In this document: positions 38,914-51,670 of the stretch, piece after piece | Layout of the letters: each line of letters opens with the position of its first letter | Numbering within the stretch: the stretch's first letter is position 1 | Origin: Octopus vulgaris | Lineage: Eukaryota | DNA length: 64,000 nt | Assembly (NCBI GenBank): GCA_951406725.2 | Contig: OX597816.1 | Span: forward strand, 117,924,001 to 117,988,000 | Direction of reading: 5' to 3' | Made by a program: the position numbers and the translations under genes | Notes under the pieces: model-generated | Databases searched by the model: none | Told to the model about the DNA's origin: nothing | What the model saw: the letters and a program-made list of their open reading frames with translations, nothing else

Positions 38914-39710
38914 TATAAGGGTGGGCAAAAGTAGGTATACAGTTACTTAATATGACTGGAATGCAGGGTAGCAAGCTAGTAGAATCGTTAGAACGCCGGG
39001 CAAAATACTTCGCGGAATTCCGTCCGTCTTTACGTTCTGAGTTCAAAATTCCACCGAGGTCGACTTAGCCATTCATCGTTTCGGAGTCGATGAAATAAGT
39101 ACCAGTTGAATATCGGGGTCGATGTAACCTCAGCCGAAATTACTGGCCTTGTGCCAGAATTTGAAAATAATATGAGAGGGATGTTCTTTATTTCTGTTTT
39201 TTAGAATAAGAATTCTATGATTCTATGTTGTTTTTTTTTTTGTTACAAATTCTTTCTCTAATAAAATATTTATTCCTAATTTCATATATTCATTACAGGG
39301 CTGGGAATTTGATCAAGGATGAACGAAAACAGATCATCAAGCAGTACTGGAAAACAAGGAAGGCAGAAATGATTAGATATAAATGGACTGAAGAATTTCA
39401 AAGACAATCTCTGACAAGATTAATAGTTTACAGAATACTTGACAAATTTGAGCAGACTGGGTCCATTTGCGATGAACAGAAAAGTGGTCGACCGTTCGGT
39501 ATTACCACTGAAAAAAATGAAATGCTTTTAGTCAAGCATTCAGTCAATGTCCCCAGAAAAAAAAGGTGGGGCTTCCAAATGAACTGGGTATCTTCTGCAG
39601 ATCCCTTTGTCGACTTATGAATAACTCAAGTTTTAAAAAAAGAAATAAATGTTATGAACATCTCTCTCATATTAAGGAACTGTATACCTACTTTTGTCCA
39701 CCTCTGTGTA
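38914..39710 (+). mobile_element. Internally deleted Tc1/mariner element with nested SINE (38966-39170)
   Basis: TIRs AGGGTGGGCAAAAGTAGGTATACAGTT / AACTGTATACCTACTTTTGTCCACCT; N-terminal HTH remnant DERKQIIKQYWKT...TRLIVYRILDKFEQTGSICDEQKSGRP. Confidence 0.8.
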
Positions 39711-39904
39711 TAGTATATTACATGTGTGTGCCTGTGTGTATGTGTGCGTTTAATAACAGCATATATTTATAAATGTTGGTTGGTTGGTTGGTTTATTCCT
39801 TCAGTCACGCAAAATATGGTATAATGAAACGGAGAGAGAATAAATGGAGAGGAAGAGAAGAAGTAAATGACAGAATAATACATATTTTTCTCAATATATT
39901 AGTA

Positions 39905-39910
39905 TTTATT
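39905..39910 (-). promoter_or_regulatory. Candidate AATAAA poly(A) signal for the neuropeptide gene
   Basis: First AATAAA on the minus strand, about 255 nt after the stop; relevant only if the 40169 donor is not used. Confidence 0.35.
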
Positions 39911-40165
39911 TCATCATTTTGTATAAGCACCAAGAAATTTGATAAGAGTTAATTTATAATTATTGTATGTATGTCATTTTCCTGGTATTATTCGTGGTGG
40001 CTAAAGTTTACTTCCAAAGTATGTATGGAAAATGGAAAATCAAACCGTTTATCAGAACAGTTGTAATAATAGACAGATTTTAATATAGATGTATGTATAT
40101 GTGTGTGTGTGAGCGTGCGTATGTATGTTTGTATGAATGTATGTATGAAAATTGGAGAATCCAAC

Positions 40166-40771
40166 TTACTTGTCAGTGTGATGTAAAGTGTTTCTTAAAC
40201 GAGCTGATCTATCATTGAAGTCATTGACGTCGATCGGCAGTACTCCAGATAGGTTGTTGTTGTTGTTGTTGCTGTCGTTCTTATATCTTTTATACTGTTT
40301 CTGCAATAAGTTCTGAAGACGGCTGCCTTCCTTCTGACTTCTTGTGTTGCTGTTGGGGATGCGGATATCACCTGGTAGAAGTTGATCATTGGAGTTCATC
40401 TGTTCTGAGATGGCCCTTCTGAAGAGGGCCTCATCCCTCACTGGATATAACATCTGGTTTCCTGTAGTCGCGTCGTTGTCATCGTAATCGTTTTGCTGTG
40501 CACTCTGTCTTTGTATAGGCAAAGACCCGGATAGGTTTTCAAAATAACTTTGAAACGGATTGTAATTATCGTCTGTGTTAATGGTGCCGAATTCTTGTCG
40601 CTTGTATTGCCCGTCCGATCTTTTGCCAGCGAAGTGGAATGCATTGCAACGACATAAATTGCCCCCTCTACCAACGGCACAACGAGTCTTACAGAATGTC
40701 TTCACGTCAAAAGACTGTACAAATACCACAAAACACATGGCTACAATGAAGAATACTCCTTGTCGACACAT
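40166..40771 (-). CDS. Secreted neuropeptide precursor (HFAamide-like), 201 aa; C-terminal end may be spliced
   Basis: Hydrophobic signal peptide MCRQGVFFIVAMCFVVFVQS, followed directly by FDVKTFCKTRCAVGRGGNLCRCNAFHFA-G-KR (amidation plus dibasic site; Cys spacing C-x3-C-x8-C-x-C). Further KR/RR sites follow; A at -3; non-repetitive, stop-free 606 nt. The family name comes from memory of the annelid/mollusc HFAamide precursors, not from a search. Confidence 0.9.
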   Translation of the reverse strand: MCRQGVFFIVAMCFVVFVQSFDVKTFCKTRCAVGRGGNLCRCNAFHFAGKRSDGQYKRQEFGTINTDDNYNPFQSYFENLSGSLPIQRQSAQQNDYDDNDATTGNQMLYPVRDEALFRRAISEQMNSNDQLLPGDIRIPNSNTRSQKEGSRLQNLLQKQYKRYKNDSNNNNNNLSGVLPIDVNDFNDRSARLRNTLHHTDK

Positions 40772-41040
40772 TTTTGATTTTTCAACACTTTATTATTTGA
40801 AAAATCCCTTTAACTATTGTTCCTGTTGCTTCTACTGCTGTTGCTGTTGTTGCGGCTACAGCTGCTTCTGGAGTATTTTCAATTGCAGTTGTTGCTGTTA
40901 TTGTTGTTGTTGTTGTTGCTTCCCTTGTAGCCCGTCTGTCACTTGCGGTTCTCTCTCTCTCTCTCTCTTTTCTTGGGAAGTAAGGTTGCGTCCGCTTTCT
41001 GTGTTTTTCTTCTTTTTATATCCTGTAGAAAGACAATTTG
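40772..41040 (-). other. 5' UTR part of the coding exon and its splice acceptor (exon starts 41022)
   Basis: Minus strand ...CAAATTGTCTTTCTACAG|GATAT with AG at 41024-41023 and an upstream U-rich tract; UTR rich in CAA/CAG repeats. Confidence 0.6.
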
Positions 41041-41161
41041 ATGAAATAATATAAATTTAAAATAAAATTAATATACACATCAATGCATTACAAAAGAAAA
41101 TATTGTTCTCTTTCAATTTCACTTTCCTTGCACTCTTTCTATGTTTCTCCTCCCACCCGCT

Positions 41162-41197
<36 letters not shown>

Positions 41198-41756
41198 TCT
41201 TTCTCTCTTACTTTCTATGTTCATTGAGATCAAATGTAATGACTGAACTTTTCTAATACTTTACTGTTCTTGTTTTCATTATCGTTTATACTATTTTCTA
41301 ATATATTTCTGTCTGTCCTACTTAGGCAACTGAAATACAATTTCAAATATATACATGTACACCCCGACAAATGCACACATACACAAGCGTTGACAGACAC
41401 AGGTACATTCATACACATGTGTGAGTATATGTATGCTTGCACGCACAAGTAATGTATATTTATATATTTTTATATACTTATGTATGTATGTATGTATGTA
41501 TATATGCGTGTATGTATGTATGTGTATATGTATGTGTGTATGCACGTATTTAGTCTATGTGTGTATGTATGTGTGTATGCACGTATGTGAATGTAGTTAT
41601 TATATGTATGTATAAAGTAAATGAACATGAATATAAATGAAGTCACAACTGACTACATTTCCTGCTTCTCTTCTAACCAGTTTTTCTGTCTGTTTCTGTC
41701 TGCCTGTCTGTCTGTCTGCCTGTCTGCCTGTCTGCCTGTCTGTCTGTCTTTCCCAG

Positions 41757-41794
<38 letters not shown>

Positions 41795-41922
41795 TCTTTT
41801 TTTTCCAACTCTATTCTATCTTGCATGATTTTTTGTTTTTACAAAACTAGTCACCTCTCTCAGTCTGAATAGTTGAAGTCCCTAATTTCAAAATAAAATA
41901 AATACTTAATTTTTCTGTTTAC

Positions 41923-42174
41923 TTTTGTTGGTGCTGTTGTTGCTGCTACTGTTTTTGTTGAAGACTGTTGTTGCTAATTGTCTTCTTCTTCTTCTTCTTC
42001 TTCTTGCTATTATTTTGCAATTAAATATCGTCGTTAGCGTGCGGCTTCAAATTCAATTTTTAACACCGTTCCAAAGATATTTTGATGTTCTCTACACCCT
42101 CAAAATGATGTCCTCTCACTCTTTGCAAAATTGTCGTTTCCAGTAGATTGTTTTTTTGTTTTTGTTTTTTTATA
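41923..42174 (-). promoter_or_regulatory. Candidate TATA box (42174-42168) and non-coding first exon (about 42145-41923)
   Basis: TATAAAA on the minus strand; CAA/CAG/GAA-rich tract like the exon-2 UTR; donor AAA|GTAAAC at 41922. An alternative start further upstream (about 42490) cannot be excluded. Confidence 0.3.
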
Positions 42175-42300
42175 TCGTAACACTTTGTCGCTTTTCTTGT
42201 AAAGTAGTATTATAATTATTTTAAAATACTTATTGCATGTATATCTGTTATACTATGTAATACAACTGTGTTTTCTAGAATAGTTTGGTTTATTGCTTCG

Positions 42301-42387
42301 TTCTTCTTCTTCTTCTTCTTCTTCTTCTTCTTCTTCTTCTTCTTCTTCTTCTTCTTCTTCTTCTTCTTCTTCTTCTTCTTCTTCTTC
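42301..42387. repeat. (TTC)29 microsatellite
   Basis: Pure run. Confidence 0.95.
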
Positions 42388-42457
42388 TTTTCTTTCTTCT
42401 TTAGGTTAACGACACTGATGATGCCGTTTTTAATTGTTTTTTTCCTTCACCCATTCA

Positions 42458-42470
42458 CCAGCAGATGGCG
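42458..42470 (+). promoter_or_regulatory. CTCF-core-like motif containing an E-box (CCAGCAGATGGCG)
   Basis: Matches CCASYAGRKGGCR at all 13 positions; contains CAGATG. Confidence 0.4.
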
Positions 42471-42905
42471 AACGTTTTCAGAAAATCTGACTAGATGCCG
42501 TTGAAGCGCTTGAATAAATACTCAAGGAAGTGTGTTGGCGTGAGAATAGTGTCGACATTAGAATTCTGCCTTTGCGCCAGAATTCGCTAAACTTTTCTTC
42601 AGAAACCATGTGACTTACTTAATTCAATGGGCGTGTCACAGAACTGCCTGCATCTAGCGTACGGCATATACTTTTCTACTTACGATTGTTTACGTATATA
42701 TCCAGACACACACACACAAACAGACACACACATACATACACACACAGAGATTACACGCAAACATACATACACTCATGTATATATATATACATTCATATAT
42801 ATATATACATTCATATATACGTACATACATGTGTGGGTGGGTGTGTATACCTACATAGACACACGTATACATACACAAATACACATATATTAACATTTAT
42901 GTGTG

Positions 42906-42937
<32 letters not shown>

Positions 42938-43126
42938 CATACATTTATACATTATACATATATACATACTTGGATTCATACATAAACACACACACACACG
43001 CATACATACATAGATACATACATACATACATACATACAGACATATATACATACATTCAATAATATATAATAAATCAACCGTTCAGTGTAAATATATATAT
43101 TATATATATATATATGTGTTTATATA

Positions 43127-43172
<46 letters not shown>

Positions 43173-43197
43173 GTGTTTAAATATATATATATGTATG

Positions 43198-43235
<38 letters not shown>

Positions 43236-43266
43236 GTATTTATATGTATATATATGTATGTATGTG

Positions 43267-43331
<65 letters not shown>

Positions 43332-44098
43332 ATATATATTGATTAAATGATTGATTGATTGGTATTTTCATTTGAAATGCAAAGACGAATGACCTCCTCC
43401 ACTTTTCACACGCACGCACACACACACACACACACACACTCACACACACACCACTCCGTAAATAAAATAAATCCTCCTCTATATCCGTCTTTTCCTATAC
43501 ACCCGACAATATCAACAGTTACACCTGTAAGATGTTTATTTTTCTATTTGCCATTTACTAAACCGACAGAATACTCCACTATCGAACGGACGGTGGATTC
43601 TGTACGTGGCGGTCGCCGAAACAACTAGAAATGACAGCCAAATCTCGTCCAAATTACACAACCATCATCTGAGGACACATTGGATAATGCGGTCCCGTAT
43701 TCTCTCCGCAGAGGTAAAAGGCAAGATGGTCACAGTTGGAATATTTTCGACATAGGTCTGGTTGATAAGGGCTAACATCAACTATTATCAACTATCAACA
43801 TCAACTACAAACTATTATAATTCTAAAGCAACACACACACTCGCAAACACACACAAATACACCCACCCCCCCACACACACACACACACACACGCGCGCGC
43901 ATATACGCAAGAAAATAATAGGCGTGTGTGCACAAGAACGCACGCACAAACACGATATATCGATATAAAGATTAAATGGGCTAGCGGACTTCTACAAGGT
44001 TAGTCTACATGCTAGAAACAGCTGTCATACTTACCTTATGTTCGTATCCCATCGTTCGTTGGATATTGGTAACCCTAAGTATCATCATCGTTCGTCCT

Positions 44099-44362
44099 GT
44101 TTCAGTCTCATTGGACTGAGGTCATAATGGACCACCGCTTTGAAGGATTCAACAGAATATGCAGAGTCCAGTATTTATTTTTAAGTCTGGCAGTTATTGA
44201 TTTGGTTCTTCGGCCGCAGTAATAGGTTACAAGGACATAGACAAACCAACATCGGTTGTCAAGTGGTGGTGGGGAGAAAACACAGACAATGACGCACACT
44301 TGTAGACATATATACATGTATATAAATATATATATACTTATAACAATATGTGTGTATGCGTG

Positions 44363-44418
<56 letters not shown>

Positions 44419-44578
44419 CAGATATCCGCGTGCGCTCAAACACGCTGGGCTTCCACTAGTTTCTGTCGTCTACCAAATTCACTCAAAAATACTTATCCAG
44501 CGTAACGCGCATTAGGACTGAACCCGAAACTACGTGGTTGCCAAACCAGCTTCTTAATCACACGACCATGCTTGCGCT
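44099..44578 (-). mobile_element. SINE family B, diverged
   Basis: Tail, body and head recognisable in reverse. Confidence 0.7.
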
Positions 44579-45572
44579 AAACAGAATAAAAGTGGAGAGG
44601 GTTATGGTCACAAAGACTTTGATCATCAGGCTGCTCAGTCAGAACTCTCCAGGGGTTAAACAACAGTAGCATACATCATACATACATACATACATACACA
44701 TCTACTCATACAGATATGCATGTGAAACCAACACTATCAGAAAAGTGCAAATCTATCACGCACTCACATACACGCACACACGCGCGCGCACATGCACGAT
44801 TGCGCGCGCGCTCGCACACATGCATCTTCGTAAGTGCATGTATGCTCCCGTTACACAAAAAATCAATAGAACGCGTACACATGTGCATTTTAGTGTAAGT
44901 AGTTTATAGCAACCGTAATGAAAATGTACGCACTACAGTGATAAATACACACATATATACACATTAACACTAGGCATACACATTTAAACACAATGCCGGC
45001 AGTATATACAAGAGTGTACAACGTGCGCGCGCGTGTATGTTAGTGTGTGTTTATGTGTGTGTGTATGTGTGTGTGTGTGTGATAGACAAGGGATAATTGC
45101 ACACACACACACACACACACATAGTCTATTTGCACCTATGTATAAAAGATGCTCACACACACACACACACACATTCACATACACAAACACACAGACGCAC
45201 ACAAATACGCGCAGACACACTCGTGTGTGTGTGTGTGTGTGTAGTATGTGTGTGTTCGTGTTAGTGTGCGTGTGTGCGTTTGCATTACCTGTGTAAAGTA
45301 TATTGAAGAGGGTTTTAACGAGTGACTCGTGTTTTTTAATCAGCTGTTTAATCCATCATGTTCCATAAATATTCAACACGCATGCAAACTGCCAATCGTA
45401 TAGAAGCGTACACACGCACACACACACATGCACATACTCACATATACGTGCACATGTATACACACACTAACGGACATGCACACATAAATATTTATATGAT
45501 GCGTGTTTGCGTGTGTGAATGATGAGTGTCTAAGTGTGGGTGTGCACATGAACGTTTGTAAATGTATGTGTG

Positions 45573-45794
45573 TACGAGGAGGTGCTAAAAAGTTCCTGGC
45601 TTTGGGTAAAAGAAAATACTGGTGGATCAGTTAATTATGATTTTATTCAACATATTCCCCTCTCAGATTCACACACTTGTTGAAGCTATCCTTCAGTTTT
45701 TCTAAGCCTTATAAACTGAACTCGGAAAGTTGAGAGTCCAACCAGGCTTTTTACGACACCCTTAAAACCAGGAATTTTTCAGCTCCCCCTCGCA
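45573..45794. mobile_element. Mariner-type MITE, about 220 bp
   Basis: TIRs TACGAGGAGGTGCTAAAAAGTTCCTGG / CCAGGAATTTTTCAGCTCCCCCTCGCA. Confidence 0.85.
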
Positions 45795-45809
45795 CATAGC
45801 CATATGCAA

Positions 45810-45859
<50 letters not shown>

Positions 45860-45909
45860 TTATGTATAACAACGAAAGAATAAGACCTCGATATTTGTAG
45901 AAATAGAGC

Positions 45910-45960
<51 letters not shown>

Positions 45961-45961
<1 letters not shown>

Positions 45962-46441
45962 TTCTTTTACTTGTTTCAGTCATTTGATTGCGGCCATGCA
46001 GGATCACCGCCTTTTCTCGAACAAATCGACTCCAGAACTTATTCTTTGTAAGCCTAGTACTTATTCTCTCGGGGTCTTTTGGTGAACAGCTAGGTTACGG
46101 GAACATAAACACATCGACATCGGTTGTCAAGAGACGGTAGGGTGACAAACACAGACACACAGATACATACATATATGCGACGGGATTCTTTCAGTTTCCG
46201 TTTGCCAAATCCACACACAAGGTTTTTGTCATCGAAGTTTGGTTCCCGACCACATGGTTCTGAGTTCTATCCTACTGCGTGTCACCTTGGGCAAGTGTTT
46301 TCTACTATAGTTTCCGGATGACAAAAGCCTTGTGTGTGGATTTGGCAAACGGAAACTGAAAGAATCCCGTCGTATATATGTATATATTTGTGTGTCTGTG
46401 TTTGTCACCCTACCGTCGCTTGACAACCGATGTCGATGTGT
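45961..46441. mobile_element. SINE family B with local inverted duplication (arms 46109-46233 and 46317-46441)
   Basis: Both arms share private variants such as GAATCCCGTCG, GTCACCCTACCGTC and CCGATGTCGATGT. Confidence 0.85.
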
Positions 46442-46495
46442 AAAAGAATAAAAGAGTATACGCTCATACACACACATGTATATACATATATATGC

Positions 46496-46555
<60 letters not shown>

Positions 46556-46807
46556 TCTTTTATTATTTATTTATTTCAGACATGACTGCGGTCATGCTGG
46601 GGCACTGCCTTGAAGAGTTTCAATCGAACAAATCGACTCAAGAATTGTTTTTTAAGCATAGCATTTATTCTATCCGTCCCTTTTGCCAAACGGCTAATTT
46701 ACGAGGACGTAAACAAACCAACACCGCTTGTGAAGCTGTGATTGGGAGAAACTCAGACACACACACACATACACACGCACACGTACACACACACGCGCAT
46801 GTACACA

Positions 46808-46871
<64 letters not shown>

Positions 46872-47270
46872 GGCGCAGGAGTGGCTGTGTGGTAAGTAGC
46901 TTGCTAACCAACCACATGGTTCCGGGTTCAGTCCCACTGCGTGGCATCTTGGGCAAGTGTCTTCTGCTATAGCCCCGGGTCGACCAATGCCTTGTGAGTG
47001 GATTTGGTAGACAGAAACTGAAAGAAGCCTGTCGTATATATATATATATATATATATGTGTATGTGTGTGTTTGTGTGTCTGTGTTTGTCCCCTTAGCAT
47101 TGCTTGACAACCGATGCTGATGTGTTTACGTCCCCGTCATTTAGCGGTTTGGCAAAAAGAGACCGATAGAATAAGTACTGGGCTTACAAAGAATAAGTCC
47201 CGGGGTCGATTTGCTCGACTAAAGGCGGTGCTCCAGCATGGCCGCAGTCAAATGACTGAAACAAGTAAAA
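46872..47270 (+). mobile_element. SINE family B, well preserved
   Basis: Complete head, (TA)/(TG) linker, body and A tail. Confidence 0.9.
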
Positions 47271-47310
47271 AAAAAAAAAAAAAAAAAAAATATATATATA
47301 TACACACACA

Positions 47311-47532
47311 CGGCGAGCTGGCAGAAACGTTAGCACGCCAGGCGAAATGCTTAGCGGTATTTCGTCTGTCGTTACGTTCTGAGTTCAAATTCCGCCGAGG
47401 TCGACTTTGTCGTTCATCCTCTCAGGGTCGATAAATAAAGTACCAGCTTCGCACTGGGGTCGATGTAATCGACTTAATCCCTTTGTCTGTCCTTGTTTGT
47501 CCTCTCTATGTTTAGCCCCTTGTGAGCAATAA

Positions 47533-47536
<4 letters not shown>
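47311..47536 (+). mobile_element. SINE family A, well preserved
   Basis: Complete head and body. Confidence 0.9.
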
Positions 47537-47582
<46 letters not shown>

Positions 47583-47721
47583 GACGGGCTTCTTTCAGTT
47601 TCCGTCTACCAAATCCATTCACAAAACTTTGGCCGGTTCGAGGCTATAGTAGAAGACACCTAAGGTGCCACGCAGTGGGACTGAACCCGGACCCGTGAGG
47701 TTTGGAAGCAATATACACACA

Positions 47722-47801
<80 letters not shown>

Positions 47802-47802
<1 letters not shown>

Positions 47803-48178
47803 GCATGTATGTGTGTGTATGTGTATGTAAGAATGTACATTCATGTATAAAAGTATGAATGCGTGTGTGTTTGTCTGGGAGAGCATATATGTGTGCAGGC
47901 GTGAGAGATGTATGCTAGTGTGGGTGGGGAATAGGCGTTGGACTGAAGTTCAGTGGGGGAGAAGGGAAAAGCGAAGTATACGTAGATAGATGTATGTACA
48001 CACCTACTCCCCAACACCTATTCCCCACCCTTAGCAACGCTGTTGTAACTATACTAGTGTACTTCTGTCACGCCCGCACACATGTATGTTCTTCCAGACA
48101 AACACACACGCATTCATAGGTTTATACACAAATACATGAATGTGCATTCTTACATACACATACATTCCCATACATGCA
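47802..48178. repeat. Fold-back: arms 47802-47941 and 48011-48178
   Basis: About 85% complementary with indels. Confidence 0.8.
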
Positions 48179-48201
48179 CCCCTTCTTTCTCTATATGTAT
48201 G

Positions 48202-48398
<197 letters not shown>

Positions 48399-49117
48399 TG
48401 ATATATGTATATACATACATATATATATAACTACGTATATACACAGATTCACTACACACTCACACAAATACACTGAAAAAAACTTGCTTTACTCTATGTT
48501 ATTATGTAAGGGGAGGCCAATTGTGAATGCAGTGTGGGTTACATGACCGTTCCAGTCCGGGCGGATGAGTACTGCTTTTCTGTGGTGTGTGACTGTAGTG
48601 AGGCGACCACTACACATCCCTGAAAAGAGTATTCTGTAGGGTAAGAGAACCAAAGGGTAAATCTCCCCCAAACCACCGATGTTGTCTAAGTAAAGGCAAC
48701 AAACAGTGTAGTCGCAGACGATAAAAATGACGTTAAGGACAATATCGAACTACCTAAGGGTATCCAGTTTACACCGGAAGCCCCTCTTCTCAGTGTGTGT
48801 CGTCTCAGGGTAACGAGGGTGGGGTTGCATTACATTACTAGTATTACGACGTGGCATGAGGAGTTCGATCCACAGAAAGACGTGTTTCATTGAGTGAGGA
48901 GACTTCTTTAATTTTCTAGACAGCAACAAAATTTCTATGAGACTCTGAGGTTGCAGGAAATCTTGGTTTATGGTTTAGTTAGCATAGAGAACTTGTGATG
49001 CATCCATATGATGAGGAGCATGTTTTTATGTTGTAGGAGATTGACAAAAACCCTTCGAACTATATAGCTGCACTCATTCTCGCATACACATGCACAGAAA
49101 CTACATACACACGCATA

Positions 49118-49148
<31 letters not shown>

Positions 49149-49249
49149 GTGTGTGTGTGTGCGTGTGTGTGTTTGTGTGTGTGTGAGTACAGGCATACAT
49201 ATATATATCTATGCTTGTACAGACAAAGTACATACATACATGATGCATC

Positions 49250-49866
49250 TCTTCACCATGGTGAGAAAGGAGAGACATTAGACTGGCCGCCAAGTTGAAG
49301 TTGTACCAAGTAGTTGTACAGCCTATGTTACTGTACGCCTGCGAGACTTGAGTGGTTTACGAACGCCTCGCCGAAAAGCTAAACCACTTCCACATAAACT
49401 GCTTGAGGAAGCTTTTGAAAATCACTTGGCAAAAAATAGATCTCAGACACTCTCTCGAGTTAATCTGCCAAGCAAGTCGGGTGGTCAGGTCACCACGTTC
49501 GAATGCGTGACGCGCAAATCCCCAAGAGACTGTTTTGCAGCGAACTGGCGGAAGGCAAGCGCGCGCAAGGTGAACAGAAAAAGCGTTTGAAAGAAACACG
49601 CAAAACCTCACTAAAGAGCTTTGAGATCAACGCCGACACCTGTGAAACAGAAGCACAAGACCACTCTACATGGTGAAGTTGCACCATTGGAGGTGCAACC
49701 TCCTATGAACAGAGCAGGATCGCCGGAGCACAATGAAAACGTGAGCTGCGCCAGTCCAGAGCCAACTCCTTGCCTTTAGCCCCAGCAGACCAACAGTGCT
49801 CAATCTGCGGCAGAGACTTTCTAGCACGCACCGGGCTGATTGACCACAGCCGGATACGCCGTGCTT
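49250..49866 (+). mobile_element. RTE (BovB-like) LINE 3' end
   Basis: Frameshifted KLKLYQVVVQPMLLYACET*...NHFHINCLRKLL...WSGHHVRMRDAQIPKRLFCSELAEGKRAQGEQKKRLKE...CSICGRDFLARTGLIDHSR. Confidence 0.9.
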
Positions 49867-49874
49867 GCGTGTGA

Positions 49875-49943
<69 letters not shown>

Positions 49944-50135
49944 TGCATATATATGTATGTGTGTGTGCATAGGTGTAAGTTTTGCGTTTGCATGTCTGCC
50001 TCTCTGTGTGCGCTTATATATATATTTAGCGCATACGTTTATATATTTATATATTTATATATTGTAATGTATTGATACCTGGATATATTTGTTACTTATT
50101 TGCGAATATATATATATGTGTGGGGGGGGTGTATA

Positions 50136-50778
50136 TATTACGTTATCAAGAAAGTTCTTGCGGATTTTTAAATTTTGGTTTTAGATGATGTATTTTCAAA
50201 CTAATTTTCGTTAAATTACTTTGACTTTATATATCATTTTAAAGCCCGTTTTATCTAATCGCGTTTTATCACTCTATCTAACCTTGTTACTCTTTTTCTT
50301 TTTGAATAATTAGGCCAATTTTCCCGGAACATTGAATACAATATATACAAAAAGCAAATTCGCAAAATTTTCTTATTCCAGTTCAAGCTAGGCCGAAAAG
50401 CTGCTGAAACAGCTCGCGATATCAACGATGCATTTGGCCCAGGAACCACTAATTAACGTACAGCACAATGGTAGTTCACGAAATTTCGTAGCGGTGACGA
50501 GAGTCTTGAAGATGATAAGCGTAGTGGTCGGCCATCGGATGTTACAACGATCAACTAAGAGCCTTAGTCGAAGCTAATCCACGACAACTGTTCTAGAGCT
50601 TGCTTCTGAATTAGACGTAACGTTTACGACAATTTCTAACCATTTGAAAGAGATTGGAAAAACAAAAATACTTGAGAAATGGGTGCCGCACGAATTGAAC
50701 GACAACCAAAAAAAAAAAAAAAAAACGTCGTTTTGAAGTGTCGTTTTCCCTTCTTTTACGCGACAAGAACAACCCGTA
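50136..50778 (+). mobile_element. Mariner (Hsmar1/Mos1-like) 5' half, truncated
   Basis: KKQIRKIFLFQFKLGRKAAETARDINDAFGPGT...FTKFRSGDESLEDDKRSGRPS...LEKWVPHELN. Confidence 0.9.
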
Positions 50779-51297
50779 TATGTATATAAATACATATATG
50801 TATGTATATATATATATATATATACATATATACATACATATAAGTATGTATGTATGTATGTATGTATGTATGTATAGCCATATATACATATGTATGCATG
50901 CATGTACTTATTTAAACTTTATCTTGCTATTGATATCCATCTAATGAAAATACACACGCATATATCTGTGGGTCATTCTGTCATGGGTGTCAGCGAGCGT
51001 ATTATCAATATACTTTCTACAGTTATTCAAAATTTCTTTAATAAGTTTCGCAGCTATTCATATTGTTTTTATTATATCCCAAATGCTTAAATTTTCATCT
51101 TTTCTTACACATCTGAGCTCCATCTCTTCCCTCACCTTTTCCTACTACCCCTTATCACCTCTTCTTCCTCCTTCTTGCGTCCTCTGTCAGATATTTACGC
51201 TGTCTTGTCTTCATATTCCGTCATAGTAATATAGTTAATTACGCACGCATCTGTCATACATATTGATAATTATGAGAATATACACGTACAATACATA

Positions 51298-51349
<52 letters not shown>

Positions 51350-51392
51350 ATACACACACATATATATATATACACACATATACATAAACTAT

Positions 51393-51443
<51 letters not shown>

Positions 51444-51613
51444 AACGCATCCATACCACACACGCATATATAATTAAATAAATACCATATACATGTAATA
51501 TAGATTTTTGTGTGTGCCTATGTTTGTGCAAGTGTGCGTGCAACCATGACCGAAATGTCTTGTACAAATACCTATACATACAGTATAGTGGTATGTATGT
51601 ATGTGTATGTGTA

Positions 51614-51670
<57 letters not shown>

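Noticed and set aside
40575-41054. 159-aa Cys-rich plus-strand ORF (looks metallothionein- or toxin-like)
   Set aside because: Antisense to the neuropeptide exon; the Cys runs come from (TGT/TGC)n, the complement of the CAA/CAG-rich UTR.
48490-48900. RTE-like 5' region with a possible HDV-like ribozyme; similar GC-richer segments at 29600-29920 and 34285-34470
   Set aside because: Could not build the nested double pseudoknot by eye; element identity unconfirmed.
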